Shown here: piece by piece, positions 8,241 through 17,246 of the stretch
Layout of the letters: each line of letters opens with the position of its first letter
Numbering within the stretch: position 1 is the first letter of the stretch
Origin: Syntrophorhabdaceae bacterium
GTDB lineage: Bacteria; Desulfobacterota; Syntrophorhabdia; Syntrophorhabdales; Syntrophorhabdaceae
Assembly (NCBI GenBank): GCA_963665295.1
Contig: OY762209.1
Span: 192,001 to 256,000 of the forward strand
Direction of reading: 5' to 3'
Length of the DNA stretch: 64,000 nt
Notes under the pieces: generated by a model
Databases searched by the model: none
The model's input: the letters and a program-made list of their open reading frames with translations, nothing else
Told to the model about the DNA's origin: nothing
Position numbers and translations under genes: made by a program

Positions 8241-8533
8241 GCCTTTATTATCGGCCAAATTTAATATATTATCAAGTCCTACCGCAGTTTTCCGGCGATA
8301 TTCCCCGGCTCTTTTCCCTCCCGTCCGACCCTCGGTGTACCCTTTCCGCCCTCATCGGTGGGCACGGAAGTCTTCCTGAAGCCTCGGGGAAAATCACCTT
8401 ACCGCCGTGGCGCCGGTGGGATTCCGGCGATCGGCGGGAGTCGTTTCTGCGGGTTCCACCGCCCTTTCCAAGGCGGCTGTTTTCCCAATAACCGCAAGGA
8501 GATTCCGGGTGGGAGAATATCACCAAAAAAGGC

Positions 8534-8600
8534 TTGACAAAACCTGATAGGGTAAGTATATATGTCCTAAGTGGTAAAGTGTGTTATAAGGTGGGATAAT
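8534..8600 (+). promoter_or_regulatory. dcw promoter with three MraZ-box direct repeats
   Basis: TTGACA (8534)-N17-TATATA (8557). GTGG/GTGT/GTGG at 8571, 8581 and 8591, a 10-bp period directly before mraZ. Confidence 0.75.
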
Positions 8601-8601
8601 A

Positions 8602-9042
8602 ATGTTCGCCGGACGGTATGAATACGGGATAGATGACAAAAACAGGGTGAGTATACCGTCCAAATTCAGGGAGACCCTCTCGACGAATTATGACATGAGG
8701 CTCATCCTCACCAACCTCGATGGTTGTATTGTAGCATTTCCGTATCAGGAGTGGGTAGAACTGCAGGAAAGGATGTCGAAGCGTGAGTCTTCCGGGAAAG
8801 AGGCACGGGCCTTCCTGAGGTTTTTCTATTCGGGGGTTTCCGAGTGTCCCATAGATAAGCTCGGAAGGATTCTTTTACCCCAGTCGTTAAGGACGTACGC
8901 GGGCATCAGGAAGGACGTGGTGATAATCGGGATGTTCCGCAAGATAGAAATATGGGCCCGGGAAGCTTGGGATGATGTAGTGCGAGAGGCCACCGCTGAC
9001 CGTGAAAAGATGAAAGATGTTCTTTCGGACCTCGGTCTTTGA
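8602..9042 (+). CDS. mraZ: Division/cell wall cluster regulator MraZ
   Basis: MFAGRY..IDDKNRVSIPSKFR, IDKLGRILLP, KIEIW. Confidence 0.96.
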   Translation: MFAGRYEYGIDDKNRVSIPSKFRETLSTNYDMRLILTNLDGCIVAFPYQEWVELQERMSKRESSGKEARAFLRFFYSGVSECPIDKLGRILLPQSLRTYAGIRKDVVIIGMFRKIEIWAREAWDDVVREATADREKMKDVLSDLGL

Positions 9043-9908
9043 TGATCGTTGCTCATATACCTGTTCTTCTTGAAGCTGTAACAGACAATCTGGTAAGTAA
9101 CGAAACCGGTCTTTTTGTTGATGCGACACTCGGCGGGGCCGGCCACGCACATGCGCTCCTGGAGAAGTACAGGGACCTCAGGCTCATAGGGATCGACGTG
9201 GACGAGGACAACCTGAGGACCGCGGAAGAAAAGTTGAGCGTGTTTAAGGACAGGGTGAGGTTGGTGAGAGGAAACTTCAGAGACCTCGTGCAAATGCTCC
9301 ACTCTCTCGAGGTTCGGTCTATCGACGGCATCCTCTTTGACCTTGGTCTTTCCATGTACCAGATGATGGGAGGGCGCGGGTTCAGTTTCAACGATGACTC
9401 CTTTCTCGATATGAGGATGGACAACAGGGATCCCGTTACTGCCTATGACGTGGTAAACGGATACAGCGCCGACTCGCTGAAAAAGGTATTGGAAGAGTAC
9501 GGGGAAGAATACCTGGCTCAGAGAATAGTGAAGGCGATAGTGGAAGAACGAAGAAGGAAACCGATCACCACCGCGCGGGAGCTCGCGAACGTGGTGCTTA
9601 AAGCCAAGAGAAGGCAGGGGAAGATACACCCTGCGACAAAAACCTTTCAGGCCCTGAGGATAGAGGTGAACCGGGAGCTGGACAGCATCAGAACAGGGGT
9701 GGCGGATGCCATAGATGTGCTCGCCCCCGGAGGGAGGATAGGCGTCATCGCTTTTCATTCCCTCGAAGACCGGATCATAAAGGAGATGTTCAAGACCTCG
9801 CCCTCGCTCAGGCGCCTTACGAAGAAGGTGATCAAACCCGAGAGGCCGGAGATGCTCAGGAATCCCAGCTCCAGAAGTGCGAAGCTCAGAATTGCAGAAA
9901 AACTGTAA
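9042..9908 (+). CDS. rsmH: 16S rRNA m4C1402 methyltransferase
   Basis: HIPVLL, DATLGGAGHA, DLGLS, LDMRM, FQALRIEVN, FHSLEDR, SRSAKLR. Confidence 0.96.
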   Translation: MIVAHIPVLLEAVTDNLVSNETGLFVDATLGGAGHAHALLEKYRDLRLIGIDVDEDNLRTAEEKLSVFKDRVRLVRGNFRDLVQMLHSLEVRSIDGILFDLGLSMYQMMGGRGFSFNDDSFLDMRMDNRDPVTAYDVVNGYSADSLKKVLEEYGEEYLAQRIVKAIVEERRRKPITTARELANVVLKAKRRQGKIHPATKTFQALRIEVNRELDSIRTGVADAIDVLAPGGRIGVIAFHSLEDRIIKEMFKTSPSLRRLTKKVIKPERPEMLRNPSSRSAKLRIAEKL

Positions 9909-9920
9909 CCGGGGGGTAAC

Positions 9921-10232
9921 ATGCAGAAAGTATATGTTTCGCTGAAGAAAGACGTCCATTATCACAGGAGTATTCAATCCACGTTGATAGTCGTGTTCTG
10001 CGTGCTGATCTTCATCGTCGCCTCCTTCTACATGAGAAGCTCTTTCAATGACCAGCGAGAGGAACTGATCGACACCCTCCGGAAGGAAAGGGAGGTCTCA
10101 CAACTCAACGGGAAACTGAAAGTCGAACTTTCCGGCATCACCCGGGGAAGGTATATCGAGCTGAAGGCAAAGGAACGGCTTGGACTCAAGAAGCCGAAAG
10201 AGGAAGAGGTCCTCGTACTGACAAATGAATAA
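9921..10232 (+). CDS. ftsL: Cell division protein FtsL-like
   Basis: Follows rsmH. One TM helix, a coiled coil and IELKAKERLGLKKP. Confidence 0.75.
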   Translation: MQKVYVSLKKDVHYHRSIQSTLIVVFCVLIFIVASFYMRSSFNDQREELIDTLRKEREVSQLNGKLKVELSGITRGRYIELKAKERLGLKKPKEEEVLVLTNE

Positions 10233-11268
10233 AAGGGCTAAACAAAGAGCCTTTTTCATCTGCGCGGCAATATGCGTAATGTACATTGCGGTCGGCCTGG
10301 GATTTGCGGATAAACTGAGCATGAAAAGGGTGGCGAGCACGGAAGAAGTGAGCCCGAAAGCCATGAGTCTCGCCATTCCGAAAACGGGTCTGCGCAATGA
10401 CGCCCAGGCGGCGGTAACCGCGGCCCCGGAGCCCGTTGCGCCTCCCGTGGTCGTGACGCCCGCCAACGTTCCCAAGCCCCTTACCCCGCCGCCCGTGGTT
10501 GTGGCGGAGCCCCCTCAACGTCCGGTCCCGCAGCCTGCCCAGGAGGTCAAAAGCCCCGTCCAGGCCAAGGTGGAGCCGGTTCGCGTGAAACCTGAACCGG
10601 TGCGGCTCCCCGTGTCCGCTTTCGTGCGCGAAGGCTCGACTGCGGAGCCTTCCCTTTTCATCTCCTTCCCCATCGTCTGCTACGCGATCAAGGAGGGTTT
10701 GATAGAAAAGGAAGGTTTGATTTTCATAAAGAAAGGGGGCTATAATACTCTCAGTTGGAAGAAGCCCCTCGATATACTGAAGGATAGAGACGAAGAAGGT
10801 CTAAAGAGCATCTCAAAAGCCATCGGAAAAAAACAGATACTCGGTTTTCTCAAAAAAGAGGGGATATCATGTGCGGATGACAGCGGGGCCGAAGATGTCA
10901 TCCTCGGGAAGGGTTACACAGTGGAAAAGAAGAGGCTTCTCGCTCTTTATGATAAGCATGTATCGGCGGATTATCAGAGACATTTCCCCTACTGCCTGGA
11001 GGGGATAAGTGTTTCGAAAGGCAAGACGGGGTTCGAGTTTGCACGGGCCAGGGACACGGGCAGAGAAACAACCGTGAACGACCAGGAATGGATGATGCCC
11101 AACCTTACCAACCTTACCATAAGGGACGCCATTCAAAAACTTTCCGCCAGGACCGCCAAAATAAAGGTCCATGGGAACGGGACCGTAACCGACCAGGAGC
11201 CCAAACCCTTCCAGAAGACCAGCGGAGAAACGGAATGCGTCATTTACGGGAGGGCCAACAAGCAATGA
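10225..11268 (+). CDS. Degenerate FtsI/PBP3-derived protein: TM anchor, Pro-rich linker, eroded transpeptidase remnant, C-terminal PASTA domain
   Basis: Occupies the ftsI slot, only 347 aa. PASTA-like MPNLTNLTIRDAIQKL..HGNGTVTDQEPKP. No SxxK or SxN at the expected positions. Confidence 0.7.
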   Translation: MNKRAKQRAFFICAAICVMYIAVGLGFADKLSMKRVASTEEVSPKAMSLAIPKTGLRNDAQAAVTAAPEPVAPPVVVTPANVPKPLTPPPVVVAEPPQRPVPQPAQEVKSPVQAKVEPVRVKPEPVRLPVSAFVREGSTAEPSLFISFPIVCYAIKEGLIEKEGLIFIKKGGYNTLSWKKPLDILKDRDEEGLKSISKAIGKKQILGFLKKEGISCADDSGAEDVILGKGYTVEKKRLLALYDKHVSADYQRHFPYCLEGISVSKGKTGFEFARARDTGRETTVNDQEWMMPNLTNLTIRDAIQKLSARTAKIKVHGNGTVTDQEPKPFQKTSGETECVIYGRANKQ

Positions 11269-12716
11269 GACTCTCGTCCCTCATAGCCGGTCTGCCCGTC
11301 ATTTCTGCGGACAACGGCTTAGACCTGGAGATCACGGGCATCACCAAGGATTCCAGGGAGGTCCGCGAAGGATACCTGTTCTTCTCCACAAGCCGGAGTA
11401 CCCCTTACATTGCCCAGGCCCTGAAGAACGGGGCGAAGGTCGTGGTATCGGAGAGCGAACCGGAAATACCGGTGCCTTGCTCGATCATCACGGCTGACGT
11501 GAACGGCCTCCTGGGGGACATTTCCTCAAGGTTTTACGGCATGCCTTCGCGAAGTCTTTTTGTGGCCGGCATTACAGGGACCAACGGCAAGACGACCACC
11601 ACCTACCTCATCGAGTCCATGGTGGAAAAAGCAGGAAGAAAGGCGGGAGTTATCGGCACCATCTCATACAGGTATGGAGGCCGTACCCTGAACGCGCCCA
11701 ACACGACTCCCGGCGCCGCGGAACTGCACGGCCTGCTCAGGGACATGGGCGAAGCGGGAACCGAGTTCGTGGCAATGGAAGTCTCTTCCCATGCCCTGGA
11801 CCAGAAACGGGTGGAAGGCATTGATTTCGACATGGGGATATTCACGAACCTTACCCATGATCACCTTGATTATCACGGCACACTGGACAATTACCGGGAA
11901 GCGAAGAGACTCCTTTTCACCCGGTACCTCGAAAAGAGCGTGAAGAGTGCGAAATGGGCGATACTGAACGGGGACGATCCCGCCGTGTCCGCCTTCGCGC
12001 CGGGACCTTCGGTCAAGACCCTTTACTATTCCATCACAGGTGCGGCCGATGCCTGTCTCACCGACTTCCGTGAGGATATCGACGGACTCCGGCTCGAGGC
12101 CTCTCTCATGGGCCGCAAGGTTTCTCTCACGTCTCCCCTGGTGGGTATCTTCAACGCGTCGAACATACTCGCGGCCTGCCTCTTCGGTTATGGCGCGGGC
12201 TTCACCCACGAGACCATAAAGGCAGGGGTGGAATCCCTGGCCGGCGTGCCGGGAAGACTCGAAAGGGTAAGAAATGACAAAGGCATATCCGTCTTTGTGG
12301 ATTATGCCCATACGCCCGATGCGTTGAAAAAGGTCCTCGAACTCCTCGACCGCCTGAAGAGGGGGCGGCTCATCGTCATCTTCGGCTGCGGGGGCGACAG
12401 GGATACAACCAAAAGACCCGTCATGGGCGGCGTGGCATCCCGTCTCGCCGATTTTTCGATCGTCACCTCCGACAACCCGAGAAGCGAAGTACCGGGGAGC
12501 ATCATTGACGATATTACCCGAGGATTTAACGGCGGACCTTTCAGGGTAGTCGAGGACAGAAGAGAGGCGATCGCCGAAGGTGTAAGGATGGCAAGGGAAA
12601 ATGATGTCCTGCTTATTGCAGGCAAAGGCCACGAGGATTACCAGATCATCGGGGACCGGACCATCCATTTCAGTGACAGAGAAGTTGTGGAGGAGTGTTT
12701 GCATGTGGCGCGTTGA
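11265..12716 (+). CDS. murE: UDP-MurNAc-tripeptide synthetase (meso-DAP type)
   Basis: GITGTNGKTTT, MEVSSH, DYAHTPDAL, GCGGDRD, DNPR, AGKGHEDYQ. Confidence 0.96.
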   Translation: MRLSSLIAGLPVISADNGLDLEITGITKDSREVREGYLFFSTSRSTPYIAQALKNGAKVVVSESEPEIPVPCSIITADVNGLLGDISSRFYGMPSRSLFVAGITGTNGKTTTTYLIESMVEKAGRKAGVIGTISYRYGGRTLNAPNTTPGAAELHGLLRDMGEAGTEFVAMEVSSHALDQKRVEGIDFDMGIFTNLTHDHLDYHGTLDNYREAKRLLFTRYLEKSVKSAKWAILNGDDPAVSAFAPGPSVKTLYYSITGAADACLTDFREDIDGLRLEASLMGRKVSLTSPLVGIFNASNILAACLFGYGAGFTHETIKAGVESLAGVPGRLERVRNDKGISVFVDYAHTPDALKKVLELLDRLKRGRLIVIFGCGGDRDTTKRPVMGGVASRLADFSIVTSDNPRSEVPGSIIDDITRGFNGGPFRVVEDRREAIAEGVRMARENDVLLIAGKGHEDYQIIGDRTIHFSDREVVEECLHVAR

Positions 12717-14061
12717 CGACGTAATAAAGGCAGTGAACGGGGTGGCCTTCAGGGTGGAGAAGGATGGGTTTCCTTCAATTTCCACTGATTCGAGGACCAT
12801 AGGCAAAGGGGACCTCTTTGTGCCCGTTTCCGGCGTCAATTTCGACGGCCATCTCTTTGCGCAAAAAGCTTACGAGGCGTCACAGGGAGGTTCTCTCTGC
12901 GACAAGACCCGTGAAGACATATATAAGAATGTGAAAGGCACCGTCATCCTCGTGGATGATACGCTCCAGGCCCTCCTCGACCTCGCCCGGTGGAAACGCC
13001 GGCATATGAGCGGGACGTGCATCGCCATTACGGGAAGCAACGGCAAGACGACCACCAAAGAGATACTCGTGGATATGATGAAGAGGACCTCCTCCGTGGC
13101 GTACAACGAAAAAAACTACAATAACCTCATAGGGGTTTCGCAAAGCATCCTCGCCATCGACGGCGAGCCTGATTTCTTCGTCTTTGAACTGGGAACGAAT
13201 ATGAGGGGCGAGATAAGACGCCTCGCCCTGACAACGGAGCCCGACGCGTCCCTCATCACCAATATCAACCCCTCCCACCTTGAAGGGCTTTCCGACCTCG
13301 AAGGGGTTCTCGAAGAAAAGCTCGACCTCTTCACCCTTACAAAGAAGGGGGGCAAGGTCTTCGTGAACGGGGACGACCCCTATATCCTGCCCCGGTACAG
13401 GGATGCATCCCATACCGCCTGTGTCTACGGCATGGCCGGAAAGACGCCGTTCCACCTTGAGATCGACGAGGACCTGGGTTGGGAAGGATCGCGCATCACC
13501 CTCGCCTTCCCCGGCGAAACGGCGAAGACCCGGACGGCGCTCCTCGGAAAACACAATCTATGCAATATCCTCGCGGCCTCCGCCCTCGCCTATGGCGTGG
13601 GATTCGGCATGAAGGAAATCAAGGAGACCATCGAGACCTTCACCCCTTTTGCCATGCGCTTCACGCCGAAAAAGTCCCGGAAGGGTTTTCTCGTGGTGGA
13701 TGACACGTACAACGCGAACCCCGCTTCCATGGAATGGGCGATCCGCACCCTCGAAGAACTTCCCTGCCGCGGCAGGCGGATTGCGGTCATGGGCGACATG
13801 CGGGAACTCGGAGAAAAGACATCATACTACCACCGGGAGCTTGGGCGGTTTCTGAAGAAGACGTCCATCCCCCTCATCGCACTGGTGGGTGAGCATGTAA
13901 AAGAGACATTCGAAGAACTCGGACCCGAAAGGGCAAGACTTTTCGAGGACAAGGCCGGGCTTATTGAATACGTGCACCATGAGGTCCGGGAAGGAGACAC
14001 CGTCCTGGTCAAGGGATCGCGGCGGGCAAAGATGGAAGAAATAGTGGAGGCCCTGATCTAA
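12703..14061 (+). CDS. murF: UDP-MurNAc-pentapeptide synthetase
   Basis: ITGSNGKTTTKE, NYNNLIG, DDTYNANPASM, GDMRELG, VLVKGSR. Confidence 0.96.
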   Translation: MWRVDDVIKAVNGVAFRVEKDGFPSISTDSRTIGKGDLFVPVSGVNFDGHLFAQKAYEASQGGSLCDKTREDIYKNVKGTVILVDDTLQALLDLARWKRRHMSGTCIAITGSNGKTTTKEILVDMMKRTSSVAYNEKNYNNLIGVSQSILAIDGEPDFFVFELGTNMRGEIRRLALTTEPDASLITNINPSHLEGLSDLEGVLEEKLDLFTLTKKGGKVFVNGDDPYILPRYRDASHTACVYGMAGKTPFHLEIDEDLGWEGSRITLAFPGETAKTRTALLGKHNLCNILAASALAYGVGFGMKEIKETIETFTPFAMRFTPKKSRKGFLVVDDTYNANPASMEWAIRTLEELPCRGRRIAVMGDMRELGEKTSYYHRELGRFLKKTSIPLIALVGEHVKETFEELGPERARLFEDKAGLIEYVHHEVREGDTVLVKGSRRAKMEEIVEALI

Positions 14062-15137
14062 TGCTCTATCACCTCCTCTACCCCCTCCACACAGCGTCCA
14101 CGGTCTTCAACGTCTTCAGGTATATTACCTTCAGGACTGTCCTCGCCATACTCTCCGGCCTCATTATCAGCTTCATTCTCACCCCTTACATGATAAAGAA
14201 GTTCCACGAATGGGAAGTAAGGGCCGACAAGAGAGAGGACGTGCCCGACAGCCACGCGGCAAAATCGGGGACACCCACCATGGGCGGCTTCGTGATCCTC
14301 GTCTCCACCCTGATCCCCACCCTCTGCTGGGCGGACCTGACAAATGAATATATCTGGCTCGTTGCCCTCACCATGATCTGTTTCGGGGCCATAGGCTTCA
14401 TGGACGATTTGAGCAAGCTGAAGAAGGGAAGCGGCAAGGGCATATCGGGAAGGACAAAACTCATTCTCCAGATACTCTTCTCCGTCGCTATCGGCGTCTT
14501 CCTCTATGCCAAGGGAGACTTCATCACCAAGCTGACCATACCCTTCTTCAAGAACGCCACGCCCGACCTCGGCATATTCTACATCGCCCTCTGCGTATTT
14601 ATCGTGGTGGCCTCGTCCAACGGCGTCAATCTCACGGACGGACTCGACGGTCTCGCCATAGGTCCCGTGCTTACCGTATGCTCCACGTTCCTCCTCTTCG
14701 CCTACCTCGTGGGGAATGTGAAATTCGCCCAGTACCTCCAGATATTTTACGTACGGGGCGCCGGAGAACTGACCATCCTCTGCGGAGCCATGCTGGGGGC
14801 GGGTATCGGATTTTTGTGGTACAACACCTTTCCCGCCGAACTCTTCATGGGCGACACGGGTTCCCTTTCCCTGGGAGCGTCTCTCGCGGTGATCGCGATC
14901 ATAATAAAGCAGGAGGCCCTCCTGGCCATCGCAGGCGGCATTTTCGTAATCGAAACCTTTTCCGTTATCATACAGGTCCTTTCCTTCAAGTGGCGGGGAA
15001 AGAGGGTCTTCAGAATGGCGCCCATACATCATCATTTCGAGCTTAAGGGCTGGAACGAGGGGAAGATCGTGGTCCGGTTCTGGATCATATCCGTAATCCT
15101 GGCCCTTATTGCGCTCAGTACATTGAAGTTGAGGTGA
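14061..15137 (+). CDS. mraY: Phospho-MurNAc-pentapeptide transferase
   Basis: GTPTMGG, NLTDGLDGL, FMGDTGSL, MAPIHHHFE. Confidence 0.97.
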   Translation: MLYHLLYPLHTASTVFNVFRYITFRTVLAILSGLIISFILTPYMIKKFHEWEVRADKREDVPDSHAAKSGTPTMGGFVILVSTLIPTLCWADLTNEYIWLVALTMICFGAIGFMDDLSKLKKGSGKGISGRTKLILQILFSVAIGVFLYAKGDFITKLTIPFFKNATPDLGIFYIALCVFIVVASSNGVNLTDGLDGLAIGPVLTVCSTFLLFAYLVGNVKFAQYLQIFYVRGAGELTILCGAMLGAGIGFLWYNTFPAELFMGDTGSLSLGASLAVIAIIIKQEALLAIAGGIFVIETFSVIIQVLSFKWRGKRVFRMAPIHHHFELKGWNEGKIVVRFWIISVILALIALSTLKLR

Positions 15138-15138
15138 T

Positions 15139-16464
15139 ATGGCTTTACCTGACGATATACTGATAGTCGGCCTCGGAAAGACAGGCATTGCCACGGCGAA
15201 ATTCCTCCATGCCATGGGCAGGAGGATTGCGGTCACCGACGCCAAAAACGAAGAGGCCCTCGCGCCCGCGCTGAAGGAGCTTGAAGGCATCCCCTTCAAA
15301 GGCTATTTCGGCGGCCATGGCAGGGACTCCCTCCTATCCTACCCCATGATCGTCATAAGCCCCGGCGTGGACAGCCGTCTGCCCTACCTGAAAGAAGCCC
15401 GGGAAAAGGGTGCCACCGTGATCGGGGAGATGGAACTTGCCGCCCGGTTCGTGGATGAGCCCATAATCGCGGTGACAGGCACAAACGGGAAGACCACCAC
15501 CACAACCCTCCTGGGCGAGATATTCGAAAAGGCATACCCCGGCGTGTTCGTGGGAGGCAACATCGGCAACCCCTTTATCAATTATGCGCGCGAAGGAAGG
15601 AAGGCGCCCTTCGTCATACTCGAAGTAAGCAGTTTCCAGCTCGAGACCATCGACACCTTCCGTCCCCGTACTGCGGTCCTCCTCAACATCACCGAGGACC
15701 ACCTCGACCGTTACGGGAGTTATCAGGAATATATAGACGCAAAATACAGGGTCTTCGAAAACCAGGGTCCCACGGATTACGCGGTACTCAGGAAGGGCCT
15801 CGAGGCTCCGGACAGTGTCCGGGCTGAGCGCCTCTACTTCTCCGTTGACGAGATCCTCGAGGAAGGGGCGTTCCTGAAGGACGGCGTCATGCACGTGAGG
15901 GTAAAAGGGCAGGAGTTCTCCTATGAGAGGTCCCTTTCCCGTCTCGTGGGCGTCCATAATACGGAAAACCTCCTTGTTGCCCTCCTCGTCGCCCATATCC
16001 ACGATATCGGCCGGGACGTCGTAGAGGAGGCAATAGCGGGCTTCAGAGGCCTGGCGCACAGGGTCGAGCCCGTGGGAGAGTTCCGGGGCATGATCTTCTA
16101 CAATGACTCGAAGGCCACGAACGTGGACGCCACGAAAAGGGCCCTCGAAAGCATGGACTCCAAGGTAGTCCTCATCGCAGGAGGAAAAGACAAGGGCGGC
16201 AGTTACAAGGTTATTGCGGACCTCCTGGGAAAGGTCAGGGCCATAGTCCTCTTCGGCGAGGCAAAAGAGAAGATTGCGGGAGAGCTTGCGGGGCTTTCCA
16301 CAATATATATGGAAAAGGACCTGCCCGGGGCTGTTGACAGGGCGATAGGGATCGCGCAAAAGGGCGATGCCGTCCTCTTTTCACCCATGTGCAGCAGTTT
16401 CGACATGTTCCGGGATTACAAGGAACGAGGCAACGCCTTCAGGAGGATAGTGGAATCGTTATGA
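15139..16464 (+). CDS. murD: UDP-MurNAc-L-Ala:D-Glu ligase
   Basis: GLGKTG, VTGTNGKTTT, EVSSFQLE, NDSKATN, SPMCSSFDMF. Confidence 0.96.
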   Translation: MALPDDILIVGLGKTGIATAKFLHAMGRRIAVTDAKNEEALAPALKELEGIPFKGYFGGHGRDSLLSYPMIVISPGVDSRLPYLKEAREKGATVIGEMELAARFVDEPIIAVTGTNGKTTTTTLLGEIFEKAYPGVFVGGNIGNPFINYAREGRKAPFVILEVSSFQLETIDTFRPRTAVLLNITEDHLDRYGSYQEYIDAKYRVFENQGPTDYAVLRKGLEAPDSVRAERLYFSVDEILEEGAFLKDGVMHVRVKGQEFSYERSLSRLVGVHNTENLLVALLVAHIHDIGRDVVEEAIAGFRGLAHRVEPVGEFRGMIFYNDSKATNVDATKRALESMDSKVVLIAGGKDKGGSYKVIADLLGKVRAIVLFGEAKEKIAGELAGLSTIYMEKDLPGAVDRAIGIAQKGDAVLFSPMCSSFDMFRDYKERGNAFRRIVESL

Positions 16465-17246
16465 AAAAGGCCGCTCTCTACGTACTTGCCGCCCTTCTTC
16501 TTTACGGTCTCTTCCGAGAATTCACCCTCGTGAAGGTCCTTCTCATGGCAGGGGGACTCGCCTCGGCATACCTCATCTGCCGCCTGCCGGGACGCTACAT
16601 CCTCGCCGCGAAGTACCCCCTCATACTTCTCTCCCTTCTTGCCACTGCGGCGTTCTTCTTTTATCCGCCGATCCATACGAAACTCCCCATGGAGCCTATC
16701 GTCATATTCCTTTCTTTCTACGGCACCGCCTTCTACCTGATCTCTCTCGGAGAAAACGGCAAGGGTCTCTACAAGGAAGCCATCGCCCTTTCGACCCTCT
16801 TCCTTTCCTCCTGCTTCAACCTCTTTCTCATGGGGAAACCCCTTGTATTCCTCGCCATGGCCATGGCCATAATGCTCTTTCTCTTCATAGTGGGCAGGGT
16901 GCGCCTCATGGCCGTCATCGGGGTCTACACACTGGGCCTCATCGTCTACCTTGTCATGAAGAAGACCGGCCTTTCCGGCGCAGGACTCGCCATAGGCAAT
17001 ACAGACAAATGTCTCCTCCTTGCGGTGACTTTTGTCCTCCTCATGTTCAGCTTCACCGGATTCCTGAGGAAACCCGACTTCATGAAGATACTCGCCTTTT
17101 TCGGCTTCATCTACATTGCCGTCGATCTCCTTCTCGTCCTTGGATTCAAGCTTTCCGGAGGACTTCTCTACCAGCCCGTGATCCTGCTCCTCATCGTCGC
17201 TCCCCTCATGGGGATGATGCTTAAAGAGGAGGGCCGGAGGATATGA
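16461..17246 (+). CDS. Polytopic membrane protein in the ftsW slot; probable strongly reduced FtsW/SEDS derivative
   Basis: 261 aa with about 8-9 hydrophobic segments. ATGA overlaps with murD and murG. Lacks the RW, QPSE and SYGGSS SEDS motifs but keeps GLSGAGL..NTD. Confidence 0.65.
   Translation: MKKAALYVLAALLLYGLFREFTLVKVLLMAGGLASAYLICRLPGRYILAAKYPLILLSLLATAAFFFYPPIHTKLPMEPIVIFLSFYGTAFYLISLGENGKGLYKEAIALSTLFLSSCFNLFLMGKPLVFLAMAMAIMLFLFIVGRVRLMAVIGVYTLGLIVYLVMKKTGLSGAGLAIGNTDKCLLLAVTFVLLMFSFTGFLRKPDFMKILAFFGFIYIAVDLLLVLGFKLSGGLLYQPVILLLIVAPLMGMMLKEEGRRI

Noticed and set aside
11088..11264. Extended starts given by the ORF track for murE (also murF 12601, ddl 20505, ftsW-slot gene 16389)
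   Set aside because: They overlap upstream genes extensively. Downstream ATGs with stop/start coupling fit the family N-termini better.
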